This document shows positions 8,018 to 8,204 of a stretch of 8,204 nt of DNA, one piece after another. The first letter of the stretch is position 1, and every line of letters starts with the position of its first letter. Below the pieces are notes generated by a model. The model saw nothing but the letters and a program-made list of their open reading frames with translations, had not been told where the DNA came from and did not search any database. The position numbers were made by a program, and so were the translations under genes. Source of the stretch: Octopus sinensis (lineage: Eukaryota); assembly GCF_006345805.1 (NCBI RefSeq), contig NW_021828510.1, positions 1 through 8,204 of the forward strand. The letters run 5' to 3'.

Positions 8018-8020
8018 GCT
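7922..8020. repeat. (CTA)n microsatellite, (AGT)n on the minus strand, abutting the SINE 3' end
   Basis: Direct reading. It begins immediately after ...tttgaaacc on the minus strand. Confidence 0.95.
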
Positions 8021-8204
8021 GGTTTCAAATCTCGGCACAAAGCCACCAATTTCAAGGCAGTAGGTAAATCGAAATCATGAACCCCAGTGTTTGACTGGTA
8101 TCTGTTTTAATGATTGTGAAAGGATGAAAGGCGAAGCCACCCTCAGCGGAATTTGAACACAGAGCGTAAAAACGGACGAAATACCGCTAAGCATTTTGCC
8201 CAGC
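8021..8204 (-). mobile_element. tRNA-derived SINE, family B, 5' end beyond the window edge
   Basis: aaaggatgaaaggcg...gcggaatttgaacacagagcgtaaaaacggacgaaataccgctaagc parallels 5179-5252. B-box-like GTGTTCAAATTC at 8160-8149. Tail tttgaaacc as in 4550-4558. Confidence 0.9.

Overview
AT-rich eukaryotic DNA that is almost entirely non-coding. Microsatellites (ACAT, AT, AC, AAT, AG, CTA) make up a large share of the window, together with copies and fragments of two tRNA-derived SINE families. I recall both SINE families and this microsatellite landscape as typical of octopus genomes; that is recollection, not a database hit. Nearly all ORFs in the supplied track are translations of simple repeats. 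Family B SINEs lie at 4333-4566 (+), 5080-5295 (-) and 8021-8204 (-, cut by the window edge). Family A 3' tails lie at 811-852, 5822-5880, 5929-6032 and 6381-6568, all on +. Two of these tails are fused to different tRNA-like heads. A third short dispersed repeat (1090-1175 and 2332-2413) precedes two microsatellite arrays. The only weak coding candidate with splice support is a minus-strand segment at 3808-4039, which has a perfect TACTAAC branch point. I found no new multi-gene system. The most interesting signals are modular head/tail swapping among the SINEs, a GTCGA-N5-TCGAC hairpin shared by both SINE families, an inverted SINE pair that could form dsRNA, and higher-order structure inside the microsatellites.
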